A stretch of DNA of 64,000 bases. Origin: Squalus acanthias. Its lineage: Eukaryota. Numbering within the stretch: the first letter of the stretch is position 1; every line of letters starts with the position of its first letter. The stretch is from contig CM059432.1 in the NCBI GenBank assembly GCA_030390025.1, positions 40,426,001 to 40,490,000 of the forward strand, given 5' to 3'. Below are positions 1-10,594 of this stretch, piece after piece. Below the pieces are notes generated by a model, which saw only the letters and a list, made by a program, of their open reading frames with translations, did no database searches and was not told the origin of the DNA. The position numbers and the translations under genes were made by a program.

Positions 1-357
1 AGGATGAACGAGTACAGGCTAGCTGTAGACCACAGAAGTGCTGTGGAGCTGGGAGGGGCACTCCTGCTCCTCTATGCTCCATAGAAGGGTTGTAAAAAAT
101 ATTTTTCCTACCAGTTCTTCAGCAGCCTCCAGCAATCCCTTTAGGCTGCTGTAGAGCTGGCAAAACTAATCAGAGTTTGCATGGCACATGCGCCACTTAG
201 TTTTCACGCATTTTGCAGAAGGCGCAGGACCCTTCTATACATATTTAAATTGATCCAATGCTGATTTGAGGTAGCCATCAGGTACGTCTAAAAACAGTGT
301 GGACCAATATGGCAGCAGCGATTAGGCGCAGGACCACGTGCCCAGAAATTGGTGTAC

Positions 358-1639
358 ATCATGGATTTGTGAAAGGTAGGTCATGCCTGACAAACCCGAT
401 AGAATTTTTTGAGGAGGTGACTAAAGTAGTGGACAGGGGAATGTCTATGGATGTTATTTATATGAACTTCCAGAAGGCATTTGATAAAGTCCCACATAAG
501 AGATTGTTATCTAAGGTAGAAGCCCACAGAATTGAGGGCAAATTATTGACCTGGTTAGGAAATTGGCTGAGCGGCAGGAGACAGAGAGTAGGGATAATGG
601 GTAGGTACTCAAATTGGCAGGATGGGACTAGTGGTGTCCTGCAGGGATCTGTGTTGGGGCCTCAACTATTCACAATATTTATTAACGACTTAGATGATGG
701 CATAGAAAGTCATATATCCAAATTTGCCGATGACACTAAGATAGGCGGCATTGTGGGCAGTGTAGATGAAAGCATAAAATTACAAAGGGATATTTGATGG
801 ATTAAGTGAATGGGCAAAACTGTGGCAAATGGATTTCAATGTAAGCAAATGTGAGGTCATCCACTTTGGACCTAAAAAAGATAGAACAGGGTACTTTCTA
901 AATGGTGAAAAGCTAAAAACAGTGGAGGTCCAAAGAGACTTGGGGGTTCAGGTCCATAGATCATTAAAATGTCATGAACAGGTAGAGAAAATAATTATAA
1001 AGGCTAATGGAATGCTGACCTTTATATCTAGAGGACTAGAGTACAAGGGGGTAGAAGTTATGCTGCAGGTATACAAAACCCTGGTTAGACCACTCCTGGA
1101 ATACTGTGAGCAGTTCTGGGCACCACACCTTAGGAAGGATATATTGGCCTTGGAGGGAGTGCAGTGTAGGTTTACCAGAATGATACCCAGAGGGTTAAGT
1201 TACAGTGAGAGATTACACAAATTAGGGTAGTATTCCCTAGAATTTAGAAGGTTAAGGGGTGATCTGATCGAAGTTTTCAGGATATTATGGGGAAAAAGAT
1301 AGGGTAGATAGAGAGAAACTATTTCTGCTGGTTGGGGAGTCTAGGACTAGCGGCATAGTCTAAAAATTAGAGCCAGACCTTTCAGGAGTGAAATTAGGAA
1401 ACACTTCTACACACAAAGGGTGGTAGAAGTTTGGAACTCTCTTCCGCAAACGGCAATTGGTGCTAGATCAATTGATAATTTTAAATTGGAGAGTGATAGT
1501 TTTTTTGTTAACCAAAGGTGTTAAGGGATATGGGCCAAAGGCGGGTATATGGAGTTAGATCACAGATCAGCCATGATCTCATTGAATGGCGGAACAGGCT
1601 CGAGAGGCTGAATGGCCTACTCCTGTTCCTATGTTCCTA
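358..1639 (+). mobile_element. CR1 LINE, 5'-truncated (RT and 3' UTR), decayed
   Basis: HGFVKGRSCLTN, FQKAFDKVPH, QGSVLGP and KFADDTK motifs; frameshift or stop near 795 and 1228; GTTCCTAT tail. Confidence 0.92.
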
Positions 1640-1670
1640 CATTATGCCCAAATAACAGGCGAAACACATA

Positions 1671-2420
1671 GGGCCGTATTTTCCGATCAGAGGCTTCCCG
1701 CTTGCAGAGGCCTCCGATCTGGAAAAAATCTACAGACTTACCTGAAGGCTCCCGAGGTCCGGACACTTCCGCTCCTGGGCCTCTCCAACTCGGAATGTGC
1801 AGGGCCCACATATCCCAGAGGCGCATGTGGTTCGCATGCATCCCTGGGATCGCGTGGGCCATGGGGAGCCAATCAAAGAAGGGAATCTCCCGTCATACAC
1901 TTGACAGATAGACCTGTCAAATATATGAATGGAGATCACCCCAAAAACACTGTAAAACATTAATGTTTTTTTAAAAAATCACATTTTTAAAATGAGTTGA
2001 AATTACAATAAATTAAATATTTTAAACAAAGATTTAATTTTTTGAAAAAAATAAAGTTTTTTACGGGGCTAAAAATAAACTTACCTTTTTTAAAAAAGTA
2101 TTTTTAAATGATAAATGAGTGAAAAAAAAATGTTTTAAACTTTTTTTTCAAATCTTATGCTGGTAAAAGCAGGCCTTACTTACACCTGTTTTTACCAGGC
2201 GTAAGATTTCTAAGGGTTTTCAGCGGGCGGAGGTTCTCCAGAAAGCGGAACTATCCGCCCGCAGAGGTCCTTCTCCAGGGCAGGCGTCCGATCTGTCAAG
2301 AGCATTCTTGACAGATCGGAAATGCTGGTTTTCAGCGTATGCCTGCAACCGGCATTTCCGATGTCCCTACGGGTGTGTGCACAGCGCATACCCACCCGTA
2401 GTGATCGGAATATATGGCCC
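1671..2420. mobile_element. non-autonomous TIR element (PIF/Harbinger-like MITE)
   Basis: 18-bp TIR GGGCCGTATTTTCCGATC / GATCGGAATATATGGCCC (2 mismatches), no ORF, flanks ATA/ACA. Confidence 0.7.
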
Positions 2421-3152
2421 ACACTAATTTCTACCCAGTGTCCAAATAATTTTTGCTGAATGTGGCCCGTGCCAAGTACCAGGATATCAGATCAGGCCCA
2501 CCATGTAAATTGAGTTTGACACCCCTGCTCTAGAATGTGTTGTAGAAGTCAAAACACTTAGTTTATTTGGTTTTCTTTAAAAAAGCAAGGCTCGGCCTGT
2601 TCATAATAGGAGACAAAAGCCACTCACCATCACAGACCAATAATTGGTTATTAGGCAGTCTGAGTTACACTTCATTTGTCGGAACGATGAGAAACTCTCT
2701 CTCTTTATAACATAGATGGCACCTGCCCTCCCCCCATTACTGGCCTCTTCATAAAGTTAACATTTTGTTTTCTTGTTTTGAAACCCAACAAATTTAGCTG
2801 TAGACTTTGAATCACGGTGAATCTTCTGATAGCTCACTAAACTATGTGCAAATAGCAGCCCAGTCATTCTCCATCAAATCATTGCTTTAAAATCCAAACA
2901 CACTTCTTCACATTGCCTGGGAAAGACGCAGTGAAAACGAATGACTGGGCTTTGAAACCTCAAATTATTTTTTTTTCCACACCCGAAGACCGAGAAACCC
3001 AAATATTCTTCACTCGCTAGCGGCTTATTTTCATGTCTTAGTCCGCAAGGAATCACTGAGCAGCGCTTCTGCACAGCTCCCTCCGCAAAGAAAAACAACC
3101 CCCCATTTTTAACCAAACGATGGTGCTTCCAAATGCATGGTGAAAGACTTAC

Positions 3153-3520
3153 TTCGAGGACGAGCAGAACAACGACCTGCAACTCAGTCCCTCTGTTCCG
3201 CGAGAAACATGTTGCACACTCCATCAAGCACAGCCGGGTCACACCAACACTTCCCCCGGATCCCCGCCGTCGGTCCGTGGAACCTTCCCCGGATCCCCGC
3301 GCGAGTCCGGCGCCCCCTTCCTGCCGCGCGCTGCATCTTTTCTGTCTCTTTTGGTTTCCTCTCAACACTTTCTTCATTAGTTTTGGTTGCTTCGACCACT
3401 TGAGTCGCGCCATTACAAAGTAATGAAGGTGGAAATTCTCTTTTTTTTGGGCGACGGCACGTGTGGCATGGTTTAAATGAGGAAGTAAATATAATGGGGG
3501 GGGGGGGGGGAGAGCGCAGC
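3153..3520 (-). promoter_or_regulatory. CpG-rich putative promoter and first exon of an unidentified downstream gene
   Basis: Dense CpG patch that I did not recognise as a repeat, with CACGTG and GGAAG motifs. It ends in a consensus GTAAGT donor at 3152-3147. ATG at 3224 gives 24 codons MECATCFSRNRGTELQVVVLLVLE in phase 0. Confidence 0.55.
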
Positions 3521-3699
3521 GCAACAAATGCAAGTGCAACCAAACAGTCGGCAGTGTATACATGTATCAAAGTGACATACGTTCTGTTTACATCTTCAGC
3601 AATTTCCCTGTGAAAAGGAGACATCAGCTGGATAAGGTGCAGAACTAGCACCAGGTGGCAAGAGTTCCTTGAGTCGAAGGTATTTTGCACAGATCACTA

Positions 3700-4240
3700 C
3701 CCTGAGCCGTGCATTTATAGACCCCTCCACATGTACCTGGATATGTTAGAGGAGACTTGTATTCGCCACCGACACTTCACAATTCAGGCTCTCAGGGCAG
3801 TCACATATTTGTGCCATCTGCTCAGGCTGACCTGTAAACAACATCTAGAACAGAGATAACTTTTATCCTATGCTACTGAAGGTTACTTCATGAAGCGGTC
3901 ATACTACTGGATCTTTCCACACCCAAGAGACACCTGTCATCTCAGGCAGTCTGCAGTGCACACATGTATCAAGCAAGTAACAGATGCTGTTTGCAAGGGA
4001 CAACACCTTCATCATTGTGCCTGTGAAAAGGAGGCATTAGATGCACAGGGTGCAGATCCTTCACCAGTGGCAAGGTTCCCTTGAGTACAAGGTGTCGCAG
4101 ATAGAAGTCGTGTGTATCATTTCAACCCCATTGCCCATGTAAACAAGGGTTTGTACTCAATAAATGTTCATGTAGTATCTGACCACAAAAGTATTATGCA
4201 TGTCATTATATAGGGCACCTTCATTATGCGGTAGTCCATG
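3700..4240 (+). pseudogene. highly decayed PIF/Harbinger (HARBI1-like) transposase relic
   Basis: Ordered remnants YLDM, TGSF, DTCHLRQSAVHTCIKQVTDA, ARFP*VQGVAD and VNKGLYSINVHVVSDH...IMHV, with stops and frameshifts. Confidence 0.7.
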
Positions 4241-7200
4241 GTGCCCACATTTTCGGAAGAAGTGCTGAGAGAATGGATGTCAGAAGACTGGGGATGACCT
4301 CTCCATCCATGGCTGTTGACCCTACTAAGGAACCACCTAACAGCAGAGGAGAGCCTTGAGCTGGAAACCTGAGCTACCTCTCAGAATGCAGGAGTTTCCA
4401 ACTTAGGTTTATGCCACGCTTGATGGGCTGCACAAGAAATGTGTGCAAAAGTGAGAAACACACTAACCTTTACTTCACTACTGCTACCAGCAAGCTTCTT
4501 CCTCATTTGCAACCATGAACAAGATACTTGGACGACTTCATTGTTTTGGTTGGCAACCTCCCTTTATGCAACTGGCATCTGTGCATTTACTGGAAGGAGG
4601 CCTTCAGACCCAGAAATGGTCACCGTCCTTTGGTGCACCTTCTGCAACAGGATCCAGACCCTTCAGCATCAAAGGGAACAGCGTTACCCACATATCTCCA
4701 CTGTGCCATTGTGAACAATTAGTTCATTTTCCTGCCTCTACCATAACTTCCCCTTTAAGGTCAAGTTGGAGCTCATTCCTGAAGAACTGCTGCCTTTTGT
4801 GCTTCCCAGCCAAGTATGTTACAAGTCAAGCTTTTCATGTGTCAGCAGAAGCGTAATAGACAAAGCAATATAAATAATTTTATGATTCTACATCTTCTAT
4901 CCATTCACCATGGCAGTGTAGATATATCTCTTATCCTGTTTTTATAAGCAGTTATTGCCATCCATTAATCTGTTCAGTTAAACTTAAAAACACTTCACTT
5001 TTTCGTGGTAGGTCTCTTATGTAACTGTTAATAAGTGAACTAGAAAGAACTAAAGGCAAAATACAAATCCAGAAATCACAGTAAATTAGTGGGCATAACG
5101 TAGGAATATTCAATTTGAATAAAATTGTAGCTTGATAGCCATACGCTAAAATTAAAATTTCTTGTTCATTCTACGTCAAGAAAGGTGTATTGATTGATTT
5201 GTAACCAGCATACAACACTGAAAAGAAATTGACAATGACATTTCATTGATGTTCAAGAATGACAAGAAATAGGAACATTTTATTGTGTAGAAAAAAGGCT
5301 TACATTTATATTTACAACCCAGTCGAACCACTTTTGTCTGAAAACCCGTTACTGTGTAACTGTCACATAGATTATTAATTAACACATATAAAGTAGTACA
5401 AAGTATGGCACAGATTTTTGTGATGGTCAATCTGATTGCTTAGATATGGTGTAACCATTGGCATTCCTTGGCTAGCTTCTTACTTTTCCAACTCACATTT
5501 TCTGTGTTGAATACATAAAAGTCACCAACTGCTGATTATTGTTAGCATACTAAATAGCTCTTTGAAAGGCATAGGCTGAGAGCAACTCATATTGTACTAT
5601 TAACATGGAAGGGAGGGAGTACAATCTACTCCTATTAATTCAAAGTTTTTTTGCTAAAACAAAATGAATTATCTAGTAGTACAAATTAAGCAATTTTAGT
5701 AAAACAGCACAGGAGTCTCAATTCAATTTAACAGATAATTCTAATTAAGCAACTTTGAATTGAGATTGGTAGACATCATTCTTGCCCTGTCTCCTGTGCT
5801 GGATTTTGGAATAATGACATTTTTTTCTAAAATTGAGGATAACTTATATTTTGATGTTTAAGTTTACAGTTTCTTTTAAAAAAAGATTGTGCTTTCCTTT
5901 CTCTTACTGTGAGATTCAGTACGCCCCATGTAGTTGTAACTTAGAGATGTTTTTTCAAGGCCTTTCAAAAATGTAGAAGTGAAACTCATGTTTGCGTCTT
6001 TTGGAAATCTGCAAGCATTTATAAAATATTGTACAAATCTAAAATTTTCAAATTCATCTCCACATAACTTTTCCATTATAATTTTATGTAACAACATGGC
6101 TGGATTCACAAACGCAGAAACAACAAACAAGTAAGGTTTGCTCAAAGTGGAAATTACACTTTGCTGCCCTTAAAAATTGTCAAAAATAAAGTTGCTGGTT
6201 TGTTTAGGGAGGACACTGCAGTGCTCTAGCTTGTGCAATGTTAGAAACTTTTTCTATATTTGAGTATAAAAATAGGTATACATGAAAGATGCCTTGTGGC
6301 ACCTGTTGCAAGATCCCTGCAGTGCCTTTTACTGACACTCTGCTCCCTTCAGTCAACAGCTTATAGGTTGCTTGTGGCCTGGATTGACTGTATTTCTGAA
6401 ATTTGTTGCTACATTGCTTGTTACACCCATTCTGTTTCCCCTTTTGATGCTTAAGTTATTAAACTAGTCGATTTTCTGTGGTCAGAGGGAGAGAGATAAT
6501 GAGACTGGGGGGTCAAGACCAAGTGTATTATTCAGGCCAAGCAGGGTCAGGGGACAACTGAACCCAGGCAGGGGAGGGGGATGGGGAAGGTGAGAGGAGG
6601 GAGAAAGAGAGGAGAAAGAGGGAGTGGAGAGGGAAAGGGAGCGGGGTGAAGTGGCAGCAATTCCTATGATGTACTGCTTGCAAAGTGGCCGCAATGAGTT
6701 CGGCCAATACAGTAACTTAGAGGCCTAAACTATCAGGGTTATTATACAGGAAGACAAAAATTTTAAAGCGATATTGATAACTTAAAAGCATCTAATTGAG
6801 ATTTTGATGGGGTTGGGGCTTTCCATGACCCCGGGGTGGGGGGGCTGTGGGCGGAGTTGTTAGTTATAGGAATGCCTGCTAGGTTTTTTCAGGTAGTGAC
6901 GTGGAGGCTGCCTGTTATTTGGGCTGCATGTAGTAAGGTGTTGTTCCAGAGCCACCAGCTGGCCACTGCCTGGAAGTGCAGGACGTTTCACAAAAGTTGA
7001 TTTATTAATATCAAATCCTGCTTTTCCACTTGATATCACTGTGACAAATTTAAAATGGAAATCAGCTATTTATAACACCATCTACAGGAGCTCCTGGTAC
7101 TGCAGAACTAGAGTCATCTATAGACCAGACCAGGTAAGGACGGCAGGTTTCCTTTCCTAAAGTACATTAGTGAACCAGTTGGTTTAATCTGACAACTTCA

Positions 7201-7372
7201 TGGTCACTTTTACTAATGCGAGGTTTTTATTTCTAGATTTTGTAAACTGAATTCAAATTTTCAAACTGCCATGCTGGGATTTGAATTCACATTCTCTGGA
7301 TTACTTTTGCAACAGTTTATTCCGTATGTGGAGCTGAAAATAGGAACAGAATGTTACAACCCACTCTGCAAT

Positions 7373-7762
7373 TTTTTAAATTCATTCTCGGGATGTGGGC
7401 ATCACTGGCAAGGCTGGCATTTATTGCCCATCCCCAATTGCCCTGAGAAGCTGGTGGGCCTTCTTCTTGAAATTCTTTGTAGCGGTTTCACTGAATGGAT
7501 TGCTAGGCCACTTCCGAGAGTAGACAAGAGTTAATCACTTTGGTGTGGAACTGGAGTCATCTATAGACCAGGGCAGGTTTCCTTTCCTAAAGTACATTAG
7601 TGAACCAGTTGGTTCAATCTGACAACTTCATGGTCACTTTTACGAATGCGAGGTTTTTATTTCCAGATTTTGTAAACTGAATTCAAATTTTCAAACTGCC
7701 ATGGTGGGATCTGAATTCACATTCTCTGGATTACTCGTTCAGTATCATAACCACCACACTAG
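7373..7762 (-). mobile_element. tRNA-headed SINE (bipartite partner of the CR1-Zenon LINE), with a partial local duplicate at 7105-7305
   Basis: A/B-box-like head; body matches LINE 50354-50669 and tail matches LINE 3' end. Confidence 0.8.
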
Positions 7763-9101
7763 CATATAATATATATCTGTTTAAAATGAATGATTACTTA
7801 TTCTAATTTCTCCTGAGGGTATTGGTTTTATAATTATTTATCTTTTTGGATGTAGCATCTCTGGCACATTGCCACAGAGCGATCGGAAGCAGCTATGCAT
7901 TTGTGATTCCCTACACAATACCTCGGTTAAGTACTGTCAGAGGGAGGTGACAGGTAAGGCCTGGAACATCCCTATAGAATGGGAGAGGCAAAATGAAAGG
8001 TGTGACTCCTAATGGATGGCTCATGAGTAGCACTGACCGAGGCCTGGGAGAAGGAAACTGGTCTACTGTCTCTAGTATATGGTGTGCTAAGATGTTGAGA
8101 GGAGAAGGGGGAGAAAATAGAAATAAATTTCATTTAATAAAAATAGTTTCGAATATGATTAGGCTAATATACTGTCAAACCAGGGGATCAAGCAAAGTTA
8201 ACAAAATATTAGTTCCAATTAACTTTCAGCACTAACTTCTGCTTAACCTTTCATTCCTTTAAATATATATAAAAATTACCATTGTTACCATGGTGACTAT
8301 TTCACTTGCCCAATTGTTGTCTTCAAGAAAGGAATCACAGGCATCCACTTTTAGGTCCCCAGAATTATTCCTTCAACGCCATGGTGCAATTAAGCTTATC
8401 ACGATAAGGCTTTGCATTCCTTTTAGTAAATCTCAGTAATAGTAAGAGTCTAATATTCAGGCTGGATTTGCCTGTCAGAGCACCGTGCATTGCCCATCAG
8501 TTGTAACAAAACAATCATAATACAATAAAATTCAGTTCAATTCAATACAGAAGACATTCATGCACAAAATAAATACATCTCAAAGAAATATTTAAAGTAC
8601 TATAGTACAAAAATAATTTAACATTTCAAAGAGTTCATTAATGATTGGTACTCATACTGATTTTCTGAGGAACAACAGTCTTAAATGCATAACAGCACAA
8701 TTTGATGGTAGTGAATTACAGTAAGTATTTGATTACAAGTCATGGTTGACACTAAAATGACATTCACATTTCACATAACATACCTATTACTGCAGTGATA
8801 TAGAGCAGAGCACCAACTAGGATGATTGCTTTAATCTTCATCAAGAAGATAGGTATAATTTAAAGGTCACAAGTAGTGGCATGAGGGCACCCAACACTGG
8901 AAAAAAACCATTTGCATTGTACAACTTTCTTTTGAAAGAAGTAGAATACAAGTTAGAATCATTTAGAAGATCAGGTGCCTTGTGATCATTCTTCACTGAT
9001 TATACAGGATTGTGCAAATGATCTCTGGCTACTTTTTCTCATAACTCTTACTCTACCACAGACAAAATTATAAAATCCATGGTAATTATATACCTTCTTG
9101 T

Positions 9102-9107
9102 TTTATT
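9102..9107 (-). terminator. candidate polyadenylation signal AATAAA for the cadherin transcript
   Basis: TTTATT on + about 350 nt past the stop; use cannot be shown from sequence. Confidence 0.25.
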
Positions 9108-9458
9108 ATTACTGTCTGGAAGCCACCAGACCAGTAAAACTGAATGCTGCCTTGTAAAGCTGAAGTGAGAGTATCTGGAATCAAAATAATCCTCACTGCC
9201 AGCATGACTGGCTGAAAGCATCAGAATACAATGAATACTGCTGTAGCAAGATCTATTTCAGAAGAGGCACAACTTGTAGGTTACCTTGCTCTTATATACA
9301 GACCTGCAATTATTTAGAATTAGATATTCAAATCAGATCTCAATCCTTTTGATTATTTAAACAAAAATCTGGAAAGGAAACTGCTAAATAATCATGCCAA
9401 TGATTTCTCAATTAGGATTTTCAAAATGTCCCAGTGATTGTATACGACATTTCTATTA

Positions 9459-9875
9459 TTACACACTATTGTCCTGTTTCTGGCCACAAAATTCTCTCAG
9501 TTTGTCAAACTTTGAGCCCCAGTCTCTGAGATAATCATAATTCAAGTCCTCATCTACGTTGGACGTGTCCACAGAGCTGAGGCTTCCTGCCAGTGACCCT
9601 CGTCCCTCGAAGCAGTAAACATGCACTGTGTCCTCAGGAATAGCTCTCAGGTCATTGTCTGCATCCCAAATAATCCGGGACACATAGTTTTTGAAGTCCA
9701 GTGGATTGGATTGAATAGTTTCAGAAAAGATCACGTTTGGGTGAGCTTTCAGGTTGACCGGCTTCTCTTCTTGTGAATCAGGAGAGGCCTTTACCAGAGG
9801 AGCAGTCGTTGTCGATGAAGACTGAGACAGACTTGCTCGCAGAGGTTTCTTCAGTTCACTGATGTCATAACCATT
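9459..9875 (-). CDS. cadherin terminal coding exon 21, catenin-binding domain (NGYDISELKKP...GSLAGSLSS...DYLRDWGSKFDKL...NSV*)
   Basis: AG at 9877-9876, 417 nt to the TAA; Cadherin_C motifs. Confidence 0.94.
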   Translation of the reverse strand, partial: NGYDISELKKPLRASLSQSSSTTTAPLVKASPDSQEEKPVNLKAHPNVIFSETIQSNPLDFKNYVSRIIWDADNDLRAIPEDTVHVYCFEGRGSLAGSLSSVDTSNVDEDLNYDYLRDWGSKFDKLREFCGQKQDNSV

Positions 9876-10594
9876 CTAAAAAGTAGAAAAAAATCCATTT
9901 ACTCCATTGCGTTTGTGATGCTGATACTGTCAAAATACAGAACCTGTGTTTTCAGCAGAGTGAAAGTTTCAGTCTGGTGTGTTGTCACAATATACCCACA
10001 ATTAAATCCTTTTAGACACATGTGAGAAAGAGTCGAAATTGGAATCTTGATTCATTTTTCTTGTGAAAAGACAGAGATAGCTCACTTGCAATGGTGCCTC
10101 GTATAAGTGCATAGTCTCTTCTGCTGGTGCAGTTAAGGATTGCACTACATATCATATTATCTTACATCCACCTATTCAACTAAACACCCATACAACCATT
10201 CCTGCGAATATCACAAATCACTTTCTATTACAAAAAGCCAAGAAAATTTAATTCAATATACCTCTCAACTTGTAAAGTGTTGAGACGGTGGTGCTTGGTT
10301 TAAGACAAGAGAGCAGTTTTTTGTAGAATCAGCAAATCAAACTAATTTTGCTGGTCTTGTGCATTACTGCTATTTTTTCCCCATCAGTGATGTTTAATAT
10401 CATAACTTCCTAATTAAAACAAGTTCAATATTTCTTTCACTTAACTCAGTTTCTACTGATGATACTGGCATATAGAGAGTTTCACTAGCTATTACTTAAT
10501 TGAATCGGCAATTATGTGACATCATCAAGTGTGTGAAAGAGACAAAAGCCTAGATTTTCTGATTGAAGTAGTTTAAATACCAGTGTTAATGGTT

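Noticed and set aside
2511..2527. hAT-Charlie element (CAGGGGTGTCAAACTCA terminus)
   Set aside because: Only one terminus is visible, with no partner TIR or TSD.
2874..3563. 229-aa minus-strand ORF as a protein gene
   Set aside because: No recognisable domain; it runs through a poly-C tract and past a strong splice donor, as expected for a GC-rich promoter region.
5876..6145. 89-aa ORF in AT-rich intergenic DNA
   Set aside because: No motif recognised and no convincing splice context.
6540..6660. Purine/G-rich tract as a functional G-quadruplex or triplex element
   Set aside because: Low-complexity sequence with no independent support.
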